Assembly: GCA_963752475.1 (NCBI GenBank)
Contig: CAVVYR010000032.1
Location: 15,972-79,971 of the forward strand
Direction: 5' to 3'
Length of the DNA: 64,000 bases
From: an uncultured Chloroflexia bacterium
Lineage (GTDB): Bacteria > Chloroflexota > Limnocylindria > Limnocylindrales > CSP1-4
A program made the translations under genes and the position numbers. The notes below the pieces were generated by a model. That model was given only the letters and a program-made list of their open reading frames with translations, did not search any database and was not told the DNA's origin. Shown piece by piece: positions 21,289 through 32,060 of the stretch; positions within the stretch are counted from its first letter, which is position 1, and the number at the start of each line of letters is the position of its first letter.

Positions 21289-23364
21289 CCGACCTCGCGA
21301 CCCTCCGGGTCCTCCCGCTCGACCACCAGCTGCTGACGCGATGCGGTCGAGATGTCCCAGCGCTTCGGGCGCGACCCCGAGTACACCCGCGGTGGCGGTG
21401 GCAACTCGTCGGTCAAGGCCGATGGCATCGTCTACATCAAGCCCAGCGGCGTCTCGCTCGCGGCCATCGAAGCCGAGGACCTGGTCCCGCTCGCGACCGC
21501 TCCCCTCCTCGACCTGCTGCTCAACGGTGGTGCCGAGGACGATGAGGCCCGCATCCCAGGCGCCCCCGATCCCGTCATGCGCGCCGCGGCCAAGGTACGC
21601 ATGGGTGAGGCCAAGGGCCGGCGCCCGTCCGTGGAGCTGATGTTCCACTCGCTGCTGCCCGAGACGTTCGTGCTGCACACGCACGCCATCGTGCCCAACG
21701 CCGTCACCTGCAACCTGCAGGGCGAGGCCGTCATGACCGATCTCTTCGGTGACGAGGCCCTGTGGGTGCCCTACACCGATCCGGGCCTTCCCCTGGCACG
21801 CACGATCCACGAGCTGCGCGAGGCGCACGTGGCCCGCACCGGCGGCCCTGCCCCGCGCATCACCTTCATGGGCGACCACGGCATCATCGTCTCGGCCGAC
21901 ACGATCGCCGAGATCGCCGAGCTCAACGAACACATCATGGGCACGGTCTCGGGCGCTCTCGAACGTGCCGGGGTCACCGTCGGCAGCAGCGGCCGCGCTG
22001 CCGCTCGCATCGCCGCCGACGAAGCCAAGGCCGCGGAGCTGACCCAGACCATCGCGCCCACGCTGCGCGGCCTGCTCTCCGACGCCGGCGAACCACTCAA
22101 ACTCGTGACCTACGACCCCGCTCCCGCCGCGGCCGAGTATCTCGAGTCCGAAGATGGCCGATCGGCCGTCCTCGGCGGCGCCATGACGCCCGACCAGATC
22201 GTCTACTCCGGCTCCTTCCCGCTGCTCTTCGACCCACCCGCGGATGTCGAGCCCGAAGCGGCACCGGAGCTCCTCGAAGAAGCGCTCGAGACACACGTGG
22301 AGCAGCACGGCACCAAGCCCATCGTCACGGTCGTGCCCGGCCTGGGCATCTTCGCTGCCGGCGACTCGTGGAAGGGCGTGGACACCGCCCGCGACGTCTA
22401 CCTCGACTGTCTGCGCGTGTACGAGGGTGCCGACGCACTCGGACGCGTGCGCGCGCTGAACGACGAGGAGCGTGGCTTCATCGAGCATTGGGAAGTCGAG
22501 TCGTACCGCAAGAACGCGGCCGCCCTCCAGGGCGCTCAGGGTCGCTTCGCGGGCAAGGTCGCGCTGGTCACCGGCGCGGCGCAGGGCTTCGGCCTCGGTA
22601 TCGCCCAGGGGCTCGCGCGCGAGGGCGGCACGGTCGTCCTGGCCGACCTCCAGGCCGAGCAGGCAGCTACCGAAGCCGCGGCCATCGAGACCGAGCACGG
22701 CCCCGGCCGAGCCTGGTCAGTGGCCGTCAACGTGACCGACGAGGATTCGGTCAAGGACGCCGTGGCCCAGGTCGTCGAGCGCTACGGCGGGCTCGACCTC
22801 TTCGTCAGCAACGCGGGTGTGCTCCGCGCCGGCGGTGTGACCGAGCAGCCCGTGGCCGACTTCGACTTCGTGACCTCGGTCAACTACCGCGGCTACTTCC
22901 TCGGCGTCCGCGCCGTGGCCCCGGTCCTGGCGGCCCAGCACGCGGCCCGGCCGGACATCCTGTGCGACATCGTCGAGATCAACTCCAAGTCCGGTCTCGT
23001 GGGCAGCAAGCGCAACTTCGCCTACGCCGGCTCCAAGTTCGGCGGCGTGGGCCTGACCCAGTCGTTCGCGCTCGAGCTGGTCGAGGACGGCATCAAGGTC
23101 AACGCCGTCTGCCCCGGCAACTACTACGAGGGCCCGCTGTGGTCCGATCCCGAGAACGGGCTCTTCGTGCAGTACCTGCGGGAAGGCAAGATCCCCGGCG
23201 CCACGTCCATCGACGAGGTCCGCGCCGCCTACGAAGCCAAGGTCCCGATGGGACGCGGCTGCACCCCCGATGACGTGGTCGAGGCCATCCTCTACCTCGT
23301 CTCCCAGCGATACGAGACCGGGCAGGCACTGCCGGTCACCGGAGGCCAGGTGATGCTGTCATGA
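21285..23364 (+). CDS. Bifunctional class II aldolase-like / SDR (sorbitol-6-phosphate 2-dehydrogenase-like) fusion
   Basis: N-domain GGGGNSSVK, IKPSG, RPSVE..FH, HTH and HG. C-domain TGAAQGFG, INSKSG, YAGSKFGGVGLTQSFALEL and GNYYEGPLW (SrlD-like). The coupled ATG at 21285 needs one base removed near 21335; otherwise the start is 21352. Confidence 0.82.
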
Positions 23365-25040
23365 GCGAGATCCCCCAGACCCAGGTCGCATTCCAGTTCA
23401 TCGGTGCCGACGAAACGCGGCTGAGCACCGACAAGCCGGTGCCCAAGCTGGGCCCGACCCAGATCCTGTGCAAGATCGAAGCCACCGGCATCTGCTTCAG
23501 CGACACCAAGCTGCTGCACGCCTTCACCGCTCACCCGCGCAAGAGCGAGGTCCTGACCTTCCTCAGCGCGGACGAGCTGGCGGGCATCCCGAGCTACGTG
23601 CCCGGCGAGACGCCGACCGTGCCTGGGCACGAGGCCTGCGCCCGCGTCGTGGCCGTCGGCTCCGAGGTCAAGCACCACCAGATCGGCGACCGAGCCCTCG
23701 TGCAGACCGACTACCGGCACATGCTCACGGCTGGCTCCAACGCCTCCTTCGGCTACAACTTCGAGGGCGCGCTGCAGCAGTACACGCTCATGGACGAGCG
23801 CGTGATCATCGACCCCGAGACGCAGGAGCGTTTCCTCATCCCCGTGAGTGAGGAGCCCGGCGCATCGGCCGTGGGGCTGCTCGAGCCGTGGGCCTGCGTC
23901 GAGCGCGCCTACGCCACCGAGGAGCGCGGCACGCTCAAGTCCGAGGGTAAGCTGCTGGTCGTCGCCGACGCCGGCCACGTCATCGAGGGTGTGGCCGAGC
24001 TCATCACCAGCTCCGCGCCCGCCTCGATCACCACGGTCGTGGCGGAGAGCGCCCAGGAAGCGGCCATGGAGGCGCTGGGCACGGCCTTCGTCGACTCGAT
24101 CGACGGCCTCGAAGCCGGCACCTACGACGACATCATCTACTTCGGCTCCGACCCCGACCGCGTCGAGGCGCTGCAGCCGCTGCTGACGCTCAAGGGCGTC
24201 ATCGACATCGTGCTCGGCGGCGAGACGCTGGGCCGACCGGTGAACGTCGACGTCGGGCGCGTGCATTACGACCTCACCCGCTGGGTCGGCACGACCGGCT
24301 CATCGGCCGCCGAGGGCTACAGCTGGGTGCCCGCCACCGGCGAGCTGCGCTCGGGCGAGAAGGTCGGCGTCATCGGCGCTGCCGGCCCCATGGGCTTCAT
24401 GCACGTGGTGCGGGCGTTGACCGCCGGTCTGCCGGGTGTCGCCGTCGATGCCATCGATATCGACGAGGAGCGCCTGGCCCACCTCGCGAGCGTCGCCGCT
24501 CCCCTCGCCGAGGCCCGCAGCCTGACCTTCGCCGCCATCGACAGCAAGTCCCAGGAGCCGGCTGGTGGCTATACCCGTATCGGCTGCATGGTCCCGGTCC
24601 CGCCGCTGGCCGCCGGCACCGTCGACCTTGCCGCCGAGGGCGCCATCATCGACTTCTTCGCCGGTTTCGCCGTTGGCACCACGGCCCCGTTGGACCTCGA
24701 TGCGATGTTGCGGAAGCGCATCTACATCCTGGGCACCAGCGGCTCGATGATCAGCGACATGAAGGCCGTGCTCGGCCGCCTGGAGGCCGGCACGCTCGAT
24801 ACGAACATCAGCGTCTACGCCGTCAGCGGCATGCAGGGCGTCGACGATGCCCTTGGCGCGGTCATGGCCCGCACCAGTGGCGGCAAGATCGTCATCTACC
24901 CGCAGCTGACCGAGATGGGCATGGTCACGCTGGCCCAGATGCCCGAGCGCCTGCCGGAGGTCGCTGCCGCACTCAACGACGGCCGCTGGACCAAGGCCGC
25001 CGAAGAGATCCTGCTGCAGACGGCCGGGGACGCCGTGTGA
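23361..25040 (+). CDS. Zn-dependent MDR dehydrogenase, L-sorbose-1-phosphate reductase-like, extended (559 aa)
   Basis: Motifs GICFSDTK, PGHE, FGY..EGALQQY, LLEPWACV, GAAGPMG, GTSGS and GGKIVIYP. Confidence 0.75.
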   Translation: MSEIPQTQVAFQFIGADETRLSTDKPVPKLGPTQILCKIEATGICFSDTKLLHAFTAHPRKSEVLTFLSADELAGIPSYVPGETPTVPGHEACARVVAVGSEVKHHQIGDRALVQTDYRHMLTAGSNASFGYNFEGALQQYTLMDERVIIDPETQERFLIPVSEEPGASAVGLLEPWACVERAYATEERGTLKSEGKLLVVADAGHVIEGVAELITSSAPASITTVVAESAQEAAMEALGTAFVDSIDGLEAGTYDDIIYFGSDPDRVEALQPLLTLKGVIDIVLGGETLGRPVNVDVGRVHYDLTRWVGTTGSSAAEGYSWVPATGELRSGEKVGVIGAAGPMGFMHVVRALTAGLPGVAVDAIDIDEERLAHLASVAAPLAEARSLTFAAIDSKSQEPAGGYTRIGCMVPVPPLAAGTVDLAAEGAIIDFFAGFAVGTTAPLDLDAMLRKRIYILGTSGSMISDMKAVLGRLEAGTLDTNISVYAVSGMQGVDDALGAVMARTSGGKIVIYPQLTEMGMVTLAQMPERLPEVAAALNDGRWTKAAEEILLQTAGDAV

Positions 25041-25846
25041 TGACGGCGGCCATGAGCGAGGAGACCCGGGCCGCCTTCGCCGACGAGCGGCAGGCGGAGA
25101 TCGCGCGCCTCGTGGAGGAGCGTGGCCGTGCCCGGGTGACCGAGCTGGCCGAGGTCTTCGGCGTCTCCTCGGTGACCATCCGCAAGGACCTTGACACCCT
25201 CACCGACCAGGGACGCATCATCCGCACCCACGGTGGCGCCATCGCGCCACGCGTCCGCGGGCAGGACCTGGCCTACGACGTGCGTGACCGCATGCAGCAG
25301 CCGGAGAAGGCGGCCATCGGGCGCTTGGCTGCCACCCGCGTCAACGACGGCGAGTCGATCATCGTCGACGCCAGCACGACCAGCCTCTATCTCGCCCGTG
25401 AGCTGCTGAAGCGGACGCCGGGCCAGAGCCTGACCATCGTCACCAACAGCATCCGCCTGGCCATGGAGTCTGCGGTTCGCCCCGACATCAGCGTGCTGCT
25501 CATGGGCGGCCGCGTGCGCGGTCGATCGCTCTCGCTGGTGGGCCAGCTCGGCGACGGCGTCCTGCGTCGCGTCAACGTGCAGAAGGCGTTCGTAGGCGCG
25601 GCCGGCTTCACGGCCGACGAAGGCCTCACCGAGACGACCGAGGAAGAGGCGCAGATCAAGCGGGCCATGGTGGCTGCCGCACGCGAGGTCTACGCGCTCG
25701 TCGACAACAGCAAGTGGGGGCGCGTGGCCTCGGCCACGTTCTGCCGCCCCGAAGAAGTGACCGGCGTGTTCACCGACGCCGGCGCCCCCGAGGAGATGCT
25801 CGAGGGGCTGCAAGGGATGGGGATCGAGGTGCAGCAGCATGCCTGA
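25037..25846 (+). CDS. DeoR/GlpR family transcriptional regulator
   Basis: Motifs ELAEVFGVSSVTIRKDL, RTHGGA, DASTT and DNSKWG. Confidence 0.93.
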   Translation: MMTAAMSEETRAAFADERQAEIARLVEERGRARVTELAEVFGVSSVTIRKDLDTLTDQGRIIRTHGGAIAPRVRGQDLAYDVRDRMQQPEKAAIGRLAATRVNDGESIIVDASTTSLYLARELLKRTPGQSLTIVTNSIRLAMESAVRPDISVLLMGGRVRGRSLSLVGQLGDGVLRRVNVQKAFVGAAGFTADEGLTETTEEEAQIKRAMVAAAREVYALVDNSKWGRVASATFCRPEEVTGVFTDAGAPEEMLEGLQGMGIEVQQHA

Positions 25847-27320
25847 CAAGGGGCGACGCTACGTCGCGCTCGACTTCGGGGCCGAAAGCGGCCGAACGAT
25901 CGTCGGCACCATCGCTGACGACAAGCTCACGGTGGAGCCGGTCCACCGCTATCCGAACGTGCCCGTGAGGATGGGTGGCACGCTCTACTGGGACTTCCCG
26001 CGGATGTTCGGCGACATGCTCGACGGCATGCGCAAGGCCGCGGCGGATGGGCCGGTGCACTCGGTGTCGGTCGATACCTGGGGCGTCGACTACGGCTATC
26101 TCGACGCGCAGGGCCGGCTCATCGGCAACCCCATCCACTACCGCGACACGCGCCACGAGACGATGCTCGAGGAGGCCTTCAAGGTCATCCCGCGGGACGA
26201 GCTGTACATGGCCACGGGCATCCAGTTCATGTCCATCAACACGATCTTCCAGATGCTCAGCGAGGTGAAGGCGAAGGACCCCATCCTCGAGCAGGCCGAC
26301 AAGCTGCTGATGATGCCGGACCTCTTCAATCACTTCCTCTGCGGGGTCGACGTCTGCGAGTACACCGAGGCCACCACCGGGCAGACGGTCGATCCGTGGA
26401 CCAGGGACTGGGCACGGCCCGTGCTCGAGCGCCTCGACATCCCGACGCACTTCCTGCCCGAGATCGTCCAGCCCGGCACCGAGCTGGGCACGCTGCTCAA
26501 CGAGGTCGCGGACGCCACCGGATGCAAGGGCGCGACGGTGGTGGCCGGGGCCTCGCACGACACGCCGTCGGCCGTGGCCGGGGCGCCATTGGCGAGCTCG
26601 TCGACGGCCTACATCTCGTCGGGCACCTGGTCGCTCGTGGGCCTCGAGGTCACCGAGCCGGTGGTCACCGCCGCGGCCCTGGAGGCCAACGTCACCAACG
26701 AGGGTGGCTACGCCGACACCATCACGCTGCTCAAGAACTGCATGGGTCTGTGGCCGGTGCAGCAGTCGCGCAAGGCCCTCTGGCCCGGCGATGGAGCGCC
26801 CTCCTACGAGGAGATCTGCAAGCTGGCCGAGGAGGGCCCGCAGTGGACGGCCTTCGTCGACCCCGACGACCCGCGCTTCCTGTGGCCCGGCGACATGCCC
26901 ACGCGCATCCGCGAGTACTGCGAGGAGACCGGGCAGCCGGTCCCGCTCGAGACGGCCACCCTGTTCCGGGTCATCTTCGAGTCGCTCGCGCTCAAGTACA
27001 CCTGGGTCGTCGAGAAGCTCAGCGCGGTCACCGGTACCGAGATCGATCGCATCCACATCGTCGGCGGCGGCTCGCAGAACGAGCTGCTGTGCCAGATGAC
27101 GGCCAACGCCAGCAAGCGCGAGGTCGTGGCCGGCCCTGTGGAGGCCACGGCCATCGGCAACATCAGCATCCAGGCCATCACATCGGGCGAACTCAGCGAC
27201 CTGAGCCAGGCTCGCGAGCTCATCGCCCGCTCGTTCCCGATGAAGACCTACGAGCCCAAGGGCTTCTTCTGGCGCGAGGCCAGGGAGCGCTTCGAGGCAC
27301 TCATGACCAAGGACGCCTAG
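25839..27320 (+). CDS. rhaB: Rhamnulokinase-family (FGGY) ketose kinase
   Basis: Motifs ALDFGAESGR, DTWGVDY, YRD.R, NTIFQ, HDT.SAV, SSGTWSL.G, TNEGG, GGGSQN, GPVEATAIGN. Confidence 0.8.
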   Translation: MPDKGRRYVALDFGAESGRTIVGTIADDKLTVEPVHRYPNVPVRMGGTLYWDFPRMFGDMLDGMRKAAADGPVHSVSVDTWGVDYGYLDAQGRLIGNPIHYRDTRHETMLEEAFKVIPRDELYMATGIQFMSINTIFQMLSEVKAKDPILEQADKLLMMPDLFNHFLCGVDVCEYTEATTGQTVDPWTRDWARPVLERLDIPTHFLPEIVQPGTELGTLLNEVADATGCKGATVVAGASHDTPSAVAGAPLASSSTAYISSGTWSLVGLEVTEPVVTAAALEANVTNEGGYADTITLLKNCMGLWPVQQSRKALWPGDGAPSYEEICKLAEEGPQWTAFVDPDDPRFLWPGDMPTRIREYCEETGQPVPLETATLFRVIFESLALKYTWVVEKLSAVTGTEIDRIHIVGGGSQNELLCQMTANASKREVVAGPVEATAIGNISIQAITSGELSDLSQARELIARSFPMKTYEPKGFFWREARERFEALMTKDA

Positions 27321-27370
27321 CCACAAGAGAAGGAGGCCTCAGAAGGAGGCCTCGGGGAAGGGAGACGGAC

Positions 27371-28234
27371 ATGAACAAGTTCGGAGTCCACGGTCTCGTA
27401 TGGAGCGGCACCTGGGGCGCGAAGGAGTGCGCCTATACCGTCGAGAGCAGCAAGGAGGCCGGCTTCGACCTCGTCGAGTTCCCGGTCTTCAGCCCCGACG
27501 AGATGGACATCCCGACCATCATCTCGTCGCTCGAGGCCAACGATATGGAGGCCACCTGCTCGCTGGGCCTCGGCTTCGACAACGACATCAACAGCGAAGA
27601 CGCAGACAGCGTGGCACGCGGTGAGGAGACGCTGATGGAGGCGCTCACCCTCGCCCAGGACATCGGTGCCAAGTACCTCGGTGGCGTCATCTTCAGCGCC
27701 CTCGGTCCGTACGGCCACGCACCTACACCCAGGAGCCGCGAGAATAGCCAGCGCGTCATCAGCAAGCTGGCCGAGAAGGCCAAGGCGGCCGGCATCACCA
27801 TCGGACTCGAGTTCGTCAACCGCTATGAGTCGAACCTGCTCAACACCTCGGCGCAGACGGTCGAGTACATCAAGGAGTGCACCTCGGACAACCTCGTGGT
27901 CCACCTCGACTCGTATCACATGAACATCGAGGAGAACGACTTCCGGCAGCCCGTCTTCGACGCCGGCGACCGCCTGGGCTACGTCCACATCGGCGAGAAC
28001 CACCGTGGCTACCTGGGCCAGGGCCACATCGACTTCCCCCAGCTCTTCAAGGCTCTCGTCGATGCCGAGTACGACGGCATCATCACCTTCGAGTCATTCA
28101 GCTCGAAGGTCGTCGACGAGGACCTCACGACCACGCTGCGCATCTGGCGGAACATGTGGGAGAACTCCATGGATCTCGCCGTCCAGGCTCGTCGCTACAT
28201 GGGCGAGGAGATGGCCAAGGCAGGTGCGAAGTAG
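27371..28234 (+). CDS. D-psicose/D-tagatose 3-epimerase family sugar epimerase
   Basis: Motifs LEFVNRYE, HLDSYHMNIEE, HIGENHRG and FESFS, giving the E-D-H-E metal site. Confidence 0.88.
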   Translation: MNKFGVHGLVWSGTWGAKECAYTVESSKEAGFDLVEFPVFSPDEMDIPTIISSLEANDMEATCSLGLGFDNDINSEDADSVARGEETLMEALTLAQDIGAKYLGGVIFSALGPYGHAPTPRSRENSQRVISKLAEKAKAAGITIGLEFVNRYESNLLNTSAQTVEYIKECTSDNLVVHLDSYHMNIEENDFRQPVFDAGDRLGYVHIGENHRGYLGQGHIDFPQLFKALVDAEYDGIITFESFSSKVVDEDLTTTLRIWRNMWENSMDLAVQARRYMGEEMAKAGAK

Positions 28235-28269
28235 GCCATATGGACCGTCAGCCGGTGCAGGTGGTGCGC

Positions 28270-28288
28270 TATCCTGCAAACGATTTCA
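28270..28288 (+). promoter_or_regulatory. -10 (TATCCT) plus LacI-family operator TGCAAACGATTTCA
   Basis: 14-bp pseudo-palindrome matching TGnAAnCGnTTnCA at 28275-28288, overlapping the probable transcription start of the ABC operon. Confidence 0.65.
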
Positions 28289-28366
28289 TCCGAATCGGCA
28301 CGCTCGCATGCAATGGCTGCCGGTCTGCCTCCGAAGTAGCAAGCCCGCAGTAGGAACCAGCACGGC

Positions 28367-29908
28367 ATGACAGCGCTGCTCGAGCTGAGCAACATCACCA
28401 AATCGTTCCCAGGGGTCAAAGCCCTCGAGGACGTCCACTTCTCCACCGATGCGGGGCAGGTCCACGCGCTCGTGGGCGAGAACGGAGCCGGGAAGTCGAC
28501 CCTCATCAAGGTCATCTCCGGTGTCCATCCCGCCGACAGCGGCACCATCCGCATGAATGGCGAGGAGGTCAAGTTCGACAGCCCTCACGCCGCCCAGGAC
28601 GCCGGCATCGCCACGATGTATCAGGAGCTGAGCCTCTACCCGGAGCTGACCGTGGCAGAGAACATCTTCATGGGCCACGCGCCCATGCGGAAAGCCGGTC
28701 CCACCCAGGTCATCGACTGGGGTGAGATGAACCGGCGCGCGGAAGAGATCCTGACCTCGCTCGAGATCCATGACCTCGACGTCAAGCGCAAGGTGGGCAC
28801 GCTCAACGTGGGTAACCGCCAGCGTGTGGAGATCGCCAAGGCGCTCTCGCTCGACGCCAAGGTCCTGATCATGGACGAGCCTTCGGCCGCTCTCACCGAG
28901 TCCGACGTGGAGCGCCTATTCCGCATCGTGCGCCTGCTCAAGGAGCGCGGCGTGGCCATCATCTACATCAGCCATCGCCTCATCGAGGTCTTCCAGCTCG
29001 CGGACAAGGTCACGGTCCTGCGCGACGGCAAGTTCGTCGACAGCAAGCCCGTGAGCGAGACGGACGAGGACGATCTCATCAAGATGATGGTCGGCCGCAC
29101 CATCACGGACCTCTTCCCCAAGCTGCCCAGCGAGGTCGGCGATCCCGTCCTGGAGGTGAAGTCGCTGAACCGCCATCCGCAGACGGAAGACGTCAGCTTC
29201 ACCGTGCGCAGCGGCGAGATCGTGGGTATGGCCGGCCTCGTAGGCTCGGGCCGCAGCGAGACGGCCCAGTGCATCTTCGGCATCCTCAAGCCGGACAGTG
29301 GCGAGATCATCGTCGAAGGCCAGGTCGCCAAGATCGGCTCGCCTCGCCGGGCCATGAAGCTGGGGATCGCCTACATCCCCGAGGACCGCGGCACCCAGGG
29401 GCTGGTGCGCGAGATGAAGATCCGCGAGAACCTCTCGATGGCCATCCTCGACACCTTCACCCGGCTCGGCTTCGTGAGCAAGCGCGAGGAGCGCAAGTCG
29501 GGCGATGCTCTCATCGAGCAGCTCAACATCATCGCTACCAGCGGCGAGCAGGTCGTGAACAAGCTCTCTGGCGGAAACCAGCAGAAGGTCGTGGTCGGGA
29601 AGTGGCTGGCCAGCAAACCCAGGATGCTGATCGTGGATGAGCCTACCCGCGGCGTGGACGTCGGCGCCAAGGCGGAGATCCACCGCCTGCTCAGCGAGCT
29701 GGCACAGCAGGGCCTGGGCATCCTCATGATCTCCAGCGAGCTGCCCGAGGTCCTGGGCATGAGCGACCGCATCCTGGTCATGCGCAACAGTCGCCTGGTG
29801 GGGGAGTTCACGCGCGCCGAGGCGACCCAGGAGAACGTGGGCGCGGCCATGATGAGCGACGCCATCGCAGCTGACGACGCGGCCGTCGCCGTAGGCGGTG
29901 CCGCATGA
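28367..29908 (+). CDS. Monosaccharide ABC transporter ATP-binding protein (CUT2, RhaT/RbsA-like)
   Basis: Motifs [13 protein letters not shown] and LSGGNQQK in a tandem ABC domain protein. Confidence 0.95.
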   Translation: MTALLELSNITKSFPGVKALEDVHFSTDAGQVHALVGENGAGKSTLIKVISGVHPADSGTIRMNGEEVKFDSPHAAQDAGIATMYQELSLYPELTVAENIFMGHAPMRKAGPTQVIDWGEMNRRAEEILTSLEIHDLDVKRKVGTLNVGNRQRVEIAKALSLDAKVLIMDEPSAALTESDVERLFRIVRLLKERGVAIIYISHRLIEVFQLADKVTVLRDGKFVDSKPVSETDEDDLIKMMVGRTITDLFPKLPSEVGDPVLEVKSLNRHPQTEDVSFTVRSGEIVGMAGLVGSGRSETAQCIFGILKPDSGEIIVEGQVAKIGSPRRAMKLGIAYIPEDRGTQGLVREMKIRENLSMAILDTFTRLGFVSKREERKSGDALIEQLNIIATSGEQVVNKLSGGNQQKVVVGKWLASKPRMLIVDEPTRGVDVGAKAEIHRLLSELAQQGLGILMISSELPEVLGMSDRILVMRNSRLVGEFTRAEATQENVGAAMMSDAIAADDAAVAVGGAA

Positions 29909-30912
29909 CCGCAGCCGCCAACGCTCGCAGCAATCGCTACCTCGAGGGCGTCCGCCGTGTCCTCGGCAGCCAGGAAGGCATCCTCCTGCTGATCCTCGTG
30001 GTGCTCATCATCGGCGTCGGTCTGTACAACCCGCGCTTCCTCAACGAGCGCAACCTGACCGACGTCTTCAACGCCAACGCCTACGTCGCCGTCGCGGCCA
30101 TCGGCATCTCGATGATCATCATCACCGGCAACATCGACATCTCTTGTGGCGCCGCCATCGCCGTGCTCTGGTCGCTGTCCGGCACCATCGCCGAGGTACT
30201 CGGGACTTCAGGCTGGCCCACGGCGGTGGTCCTCGCACTCGCATGGATCGTGCCCATCTTCGCGGGCATGCTCATCAGTGCCGTCAACGGCTTCTTCGTG
30301 GCCTATCTCGGGATACCTGCCATCGTGGTCACGTTGGGCACCTTCAGTATCCTGCGTGGCGGCCTCATCTTCGTGGCCGGCGGCAACACCATCACTCAGC
30401 TGCCTGACGGCTACGGCATCGCGCAGCAGAGCATCGGCCCCTTGTCGGTGTCGATCATCATCATGATCATCCTGACGTTCGTCGCGTTCGCCTGGATGCG
30501 CTGGAGCCGTCTGGGCCGCTCGCAGTACGCCATCGGCGGTAACAAGGAGGCCGCTCGCCTCTCCGGCATCGACGTCCGCAGCTCGCTGATGAAGACGTTC
30601 ATCATCGCCGGCGCCTTCTACGGCGTAGCTGGGGTGATGTACGCCACGCAGTTCAACACCATCCAGACGGTGGTCCCCGCGGGTCTCGAACTCTCGATCA
30701 TCACGGCGTCGGTCGTGGGTGGCGTGTCCATCCTCGGGGGCGTGGGGACCGTCATCGGCTCTACGTTGGCGGCCATCCTCATCCGTACCATCGGAGCCTC
30801 GCTCATCTTCGTTGACATCTCGCCGTTCTGGCTCAAGGCCATCCTCGGCGTGCTCATCCTGGTGACCGTGCTGCTGGACGTCGTCCGCAGACGGCGTCAG
30901 GAGAGGATGTAG
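29905..30912 (+). CDS. Monosaccharide ABC permease
   Basis: Motifs GNIDIS, YAIGGN..AARLSG and GGVSILGG.G. Confidence 0.93.
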   Translation: MTAAANARSNRYLEGVRRVLGSQEGILLLILVVLIIGVGLYNPRFLNERNLTDVFNANAYVAVAAIGISMIIITGNIDISCGAAIAVLWSLSGTIAEVLGTSGWPTAVVLALAWIVPIFAGMLISAVNGFFVAYLGIPAIVVTLGTFSILRGGLIFVAGGNTITQLPDGYGIAQQSIGPLSVSIIIMIILTFVAFAWMRWSRLGRSQYAIGGNKEAARLSGIDVRSSLMKTFIIAGAFYGVAGVMYATQFNTIQTVVPAGLELSIITASVVGGVSILGGVGTVIGSTLAAILIRTIGASLIFVDISPFWLKAILGVLILVTVLLDVVRRRRQERM

Positions 30913-30927
30913 AGGGGAGGTGCTGAG

Positions 30928-31959
30928 ATGACGACCGCCAACCCCACCGCCAACGGCACGACCATGAATGACCGCCTCCGCGCCATCCTCTTCCGCCAGG
31001 AGACGATCCTCTTCGTCATCCTCGTGGTCGGCGTGCTCCTGATGTCGACGCTTTCGGACGTCTTCCTGACGCCGGAGAACCTGCTCAACCAGGGCCGGTT
31101 GGCCACAGAGATCGCGTTGATCGCCCTGCCCATGACGCTGATCATCATCACCGGCGGCATCGACCTCTCGGTCGGCTCCATCGCCGGGCTCACGGCCATC
31201 ATGCTGGGCGTGGCCTGGAACAGCTGGGGGCTGCCTCTCGAGGTAGCTGTCGCGGTGGCGCTCATCATCGCCACCGCCTGCGGTGCCTTCAACGCCTTCT
31301 TCATCGTGAAGGTCGGGCTACCACCACTGATCACCACCCTCGCCACGCTGGCCCTGTTCCGCGGTCTCGCGGAGGGCATCGCTCAGGGACGGTCCGTGCG
31401 CGGCTATCCCGATTGGTTCTTCATCCTGGGCCAGAAGGACTTCGACCTCTTCGGCCTCGCCAGTATCCCCAACCAGCTCTTCCTGGTGGTCATCAGCATC
31501 ACCATCATCGGCGCCGCGCTGGCGTGGACGCCGTTCGGGCGCTCGCTCTACGCCATCGGCAACAACGAGACGGGCGCTCGCTTCAGCGGCATGCCCGTAT
31601 TCCGCAACAAGTTCATCATCTACACGTTGTCGGGCTTCATGTCGGGCCTCGCCGGCTGGGTCTTCGTCTCGCGCGTGAGCACCACGCGCCAGGACATGGG
31701 CACCGGCTGGGAGCTGACCGCCATCACCGCAGTGGTCGTGGGTGGCACCAGCATCTTCGGCGGCAGTGGCACTATCGTTGGCACCGTCCTGGGCCTGGTG
31801 CTGATCCAGCTGATGCGCAACGGACTCGCGCTGGCGGGCGCCAAGGGCGACGCCACCACCATCGTCGTCGGCCTCGTGCTCATCGGCGCAGTGCTCATCA
31901 ACACGTTCATAACCAATCCGCCCGAACGGATCAAGCGACTCCTACCGTCACGCAGCTAG
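30928..31959 (+). CDS. Monosaccharide ABC permease
   Basis: Motifs GGIDLSVG, YAIGNNE..ARFSG and GGTSIFGG.G. Confidence 0.93.
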   Translation: MTTANPTANGTTMNDRLRAILFRQETILFVILVVGVLLMSTLSDVFLTPENLLNQGRLATEIALIALPMTLIIITGGIDLSVGSIAGLTAIMLGVAWNSWGLPLEVAVAVALIIATACGAFNAFFIVKVGLPPLITTLATLALFRGLAEGIAQGRSVRGYPDWFFILGQKDFDLFGLASIPNQLFLVVISITIIGAALAWTPFGRSLYAIGNNETGARFSGMPVFRNKFIIYTLSGFMSGLAGWVFVSRVSTTRQDMGTGWELTAITAVVVGGTSIFGGSGTIVGTVLGLVLIQLMRNGLALAGAKGDATTIVVGLVLIGAVLINTFITNPPERIKRLLPSRS

Positions 31960-32060
31960 AGCTCATGGGCTCATTCGAGAGGAGGTGCCGACCAGCCACA
32001 GCCCAGCCAGGTCCATAAGAGGGACCGCTGATCGTCCAACTTCGATCACATCTGGAGGAG

